The position numbers were made by a program, and so were the translations under genes. Shown here piece after piece: positions 61,201 to 64,000 of a DNA stretch of 64,000 nucleotides. Position 1 is the first letter of the stretch, and each line of letters opens with the position of its first letter. The notes below the pieces were generated by a model. That model made no database searches. It saw only the letters and a program-made list of their open reading frames with translations, and was not told the DNA's origin. Location of the stretch: NCBI GenBank assembly GCA_964016885.1, contig OZ024740.1:6572001-6636000 (forward strand). Reading direction: 5' to 3'. This DNA comes from Eledone cirrhosa (lineage: Eukaryota).

Positions 61201-64000
61201 GTAGAGGGTCTGACACCATGGTAGGTGGTGGATTGGCAGTATTGGTAGAGGGTCTGACACCATGGTAGGGTGGTGGATTGGAAGTATTGATAGAGGGTCT
61301 GACACCATGTTATGTGGTGGATTGGTAGTATTGGTAGAGGGTCTGACACCATGTTAGGGTGGAGGATTGGCAGTATTTGTAGAGGGTCTGACACCATGGT
61401 AGGGTGGTGGATTGGAAGTATTGATAGAGGGTCTGACACCATGTTATGTGGTGGATTGGTAGTATTGGTAGAGGGTCTGACACCATGTTAGGGTGGAGGA
61501 TTGGCAGTATTTGTAGAGGGTCTGACACCATGGTAGGGTGGTGGATTGGAAGTATTGATAGAGGGTCTGACACCATGTTAGGCGGTGGATTGGCAGTATT
61601 GGTAGAGGGTCAGACGCCATGGGTGGTGGATTGGCAGTATTAGTAGAGGTTCTGACACCATGTTAGGGTGGTGGACTGGTAGTATAGTTAGAGGGTCCGA
61701 CACAATGTTAGGTGGTGGATTGGCAGTATTGGTAGAGGGTCTGACACCATGTTAGGTGGTGGATTGGTAGTATTGGTAGAGGGTCTGACACCATGTTAGG
61801 TGGTGGATTGGCAGTATTGGTAGAGGGTCTGACACCATGTTAGGGTGGTGGATTGGCAGTATTGGTAGAGGGTCTGACACCATTTTACGGTGGCGGATTG
61901 GCAGTATTGGTAGAGGGTCTGACACCATGTTAGGGTGGTGGATTGGCAGTATTGGTAGCGGGTCTGACACCATGCTAGGGTGGTGGATTGGCAGTATTGT
62001 TAGAGGGTCTGACACCATGTTAGGTGGGGGATTGGCAGTATTGGTAGAGGGTCTGACACCATGGTAGAGTGGTAGATTGGCAGTATTGGTAGAGGGTCTG
62101 ACACAATGCTAGGGTGGTGGATTGGCAGTAATGGTAGAGGGGCTGACACCATGTTAGGTGGTGGATTGGCAGTATTGGTAGAGGGTTTGACACAATGCTA
62201 GGGTGGTGGATTGGCAGTATAGTTAGAGGGTCTGACACCATGTTAGGGTGGTGGATTGGTAGTATTGGTAGAGGGTCTGACACCATGGTAGGGGTGGATT
62301 GGTAGTATAGGTAGAGGGTCTGACACAATGCTAGGGTGGCGGATTGGCAGTATTGGTAGAGGGTCTGACACCATGTTAGGGTGGTGGATTGGCAGTATTG
62401 GTAGAGGGTCTGACACCATGTTAGGGTGGCGGATTGGCAGTATTGGTAGAGGGTCTGACACCATGTTAGGGTGGTGGATTTGCAGTATTGGTAGAGGGTC
62501 TGATACCATGTTAGGTGGTGGATTGGCAGTATTGGTAGAGGGTCTGACACCATGTTATGTGGCGGATTGGCAGTATTGGTAGAGGGTCTGACACCATGTT
62601 AGGGTGGTGGATTGGCAGTATTGGTAGAGGGTCTGACACCATGTTAGGGTGGTGGATTGGCAGTATAGGTAGAGGGTCTGACACCATGTTAGGGTGGTGG
62701 ATTGGTAGTATAGGTAGAGGGTCTGACACAATGCTAGGGTGGCGGATTGGCAGTATTGGTAGAGGGTCTGACACCATGTTAGGTGGTGGATTGGCAGTAT
62801 TGGTAGAGGGTCTGACACCATGTTAGGGTGGTGGATTGGCAGTATTGGTAGCGGGTCTGACACCATGTTAGAGTGGTGGATTAGTAGTATAGGTAGAGGG
62901 TCTGACACCATGGTAGGGTGGTGGATTGGCAGTATAGGTAGAGGGTCTGACACCATGTTAGGGTGGCGGATTGGCAGTATTGGTAGAGGGTCTGACACCA
63001 TGCTAGGGTGGTGGATTGGCAGTATTGGTAGAGGGTCTGACACCATGTTAGGGTGGTGGATTGGCAGTATTGGTAGAGGGTCTGCCACCATGCTAGGGTG
63101 GTGGATTGGCAGTATTGGTAGAGGGTCTGACACCATGTTAGGGTGGTGGATTGGCAGTATTGGTAGAGGGTCTGACATCATGCTAGGTGGTGGATTGTTA
63201 GTATTGGTAGAGGGTCTGACACCATGTTAGGTGGTGGATTGGCAGTATAGGTAGAGGTTCTGACACAATGCTAGGGTGGCGGATTGGCAGTATTGGTAGA
63301 GGGTCTGACACAATGCTAGGGTGGCGGATTAGCAGTATTGGTAGAGGGTCTGACACCATATTAGGTGGTGGATTGGTAGTATTGGTAGAGGGTCTGACAC
63401 CATGTTAGGTGGTGGATTGGCAGTATTGGTAGAGGGTCTGACACCATGTTAGGGTGGTGGATTGGCAGTATTGGTAGCGGGTCTGACACCATGTTAGAGT
63501 GGTGGATTAGTAGTATAGGTAGAGGGTCTGACACCATGGTAGGGTGGTGGATTGGCAGTATAGGTAGAGGGTCTGACACCATGTTAGGGTGGCGGATTGG
63601 CAGTATTGGTAGAGGGTCTGACACCATGCTAGGGTGGTGGATTGGCAGTATTGGTAGAGGGTCTGACACCATGTTAGGGTGGTGGATTGGCAGTATTGGT
63701 AGAGGGTCTGCCACCATGCTAGGGTGGTGGATTGGCAGTATTGGTAGAGGGTCTGACACCATGTTAGGGTGGTGGATTGGCAGTATTGTTAGAGGGTCTG
63801 ACATCATGTTAGGTGGTGGATTGTTAGTATTGGTAGAGGGTCTGACACCATGTTAGGTGGTGGATTGGCAGTATAGGTAGAGGTTCTGACACAATGCTAG
63901 GGTGGCGGATTGGCAGTATTGGTAGAGGGTCTGACACCATGTTAGGGTGGTGGATTGGTAGTATAGGTAGAGGGTCTGACACCATTGTAGGGTGGTGGAT
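49294..64000 (+). repeat. Long-range duplication, distal copy (matches 1-19036 but has one copy of the 4.7-kb block)
   Basis: 49294 onward matches position 1 onward, and the last bases of the window match 19021-19036. Rare marker AAGGTCTCACATTATTTTAGG is at 61071 here versus 11251 and 16108 in the proximal copy. Confidence 0.93.

Larger units (their letters stand above)
1..64000 (+). repeat. Tandem satellite array, 45-bp consensus monomer GATTGGCAGTATTGGTAGAGGGTCTGACACCATGTTAGGGTGGTG, single orientation, runs off both window edges
   Basis: The monomer is read directly at 1-45 and recurs continuously to 64000. Every ORF in the track is a repeat of one of its reading frames (MLGWWIGSIGRGSDT, MVSDPLPILPIHHPN, WCQTLYQYCQSTTLT). 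I saw no non-repeat insertion. Confidence 0.99.

Noticed and set aside
123-63856. Hundreds of ORFs encoding 15-aa repeats (MVSDPLPILPIHHPN, MLGWWIGSIGRGSDT, WCQTLYQYCQSTTLT)
   Set aside because: They follow from a 45-bp unit that lacks stops in several frames. They overlap on both strands, are frameshifted every few units by 44-, 43- and 41-bp monomers, and have no unique domain, so there is no sign of reading-frame selection.
1-64000. CRISPR-like array
   Set aside because: There are no unique spacers, the monomers are contiguous, and there is no leader or cas gene.
1-64000. Direct telomerase product, or a variant-encoded information system
   Set aside because: The multi-kb inherited order of variants is explained by duplication and recombination, not de novo templated synthesis, and nothing in the window indicates a readout mechanism.

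Overview
The whole 64-kb window is one uninterrupted head-to-tail satellite array of roughly 1,430 monomers (64000 divided by ~44.6). The consensus is 45 bp: GATTGGCAGTATTGGTAGAGGGTCTGACACCATGTTAGGGTGGTG (18 G, 13 T, 9 A, 5 C; G-rich + strand). It has common 44-bp, 43-bp and 41-bp length variants and carries one TTAGGG (or TTAGG) telomere-type motif per unit. I see no genes, RNA genes, transposons, CRISPR spacers or inversions. The listed ORFs are by-products of the 15-codon period and are broken by 44-bp monomers. The information lies in the order of variant monomers, which shows nested higher-order structure: 2-6-monomer local duplications, 0.6-1.9-kb duplications, a 2.5-4-kb cassette period and a 4.7-kb tandem duplication. 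There is also a more diverged central domain (~34.5-43.2 kb) and a near-identical long-range duplication (1-19036 vs 49294-64000) that implies a ~45-50-kb super-repeat. This is most likely eukaryotic heterochromatic, possibly subtelomeric, DNA. I cannot name the organism or the satellite family from sequence alone. Block boundaries were set by eye and from ORF-track offsets and are approximate to about one monomer.
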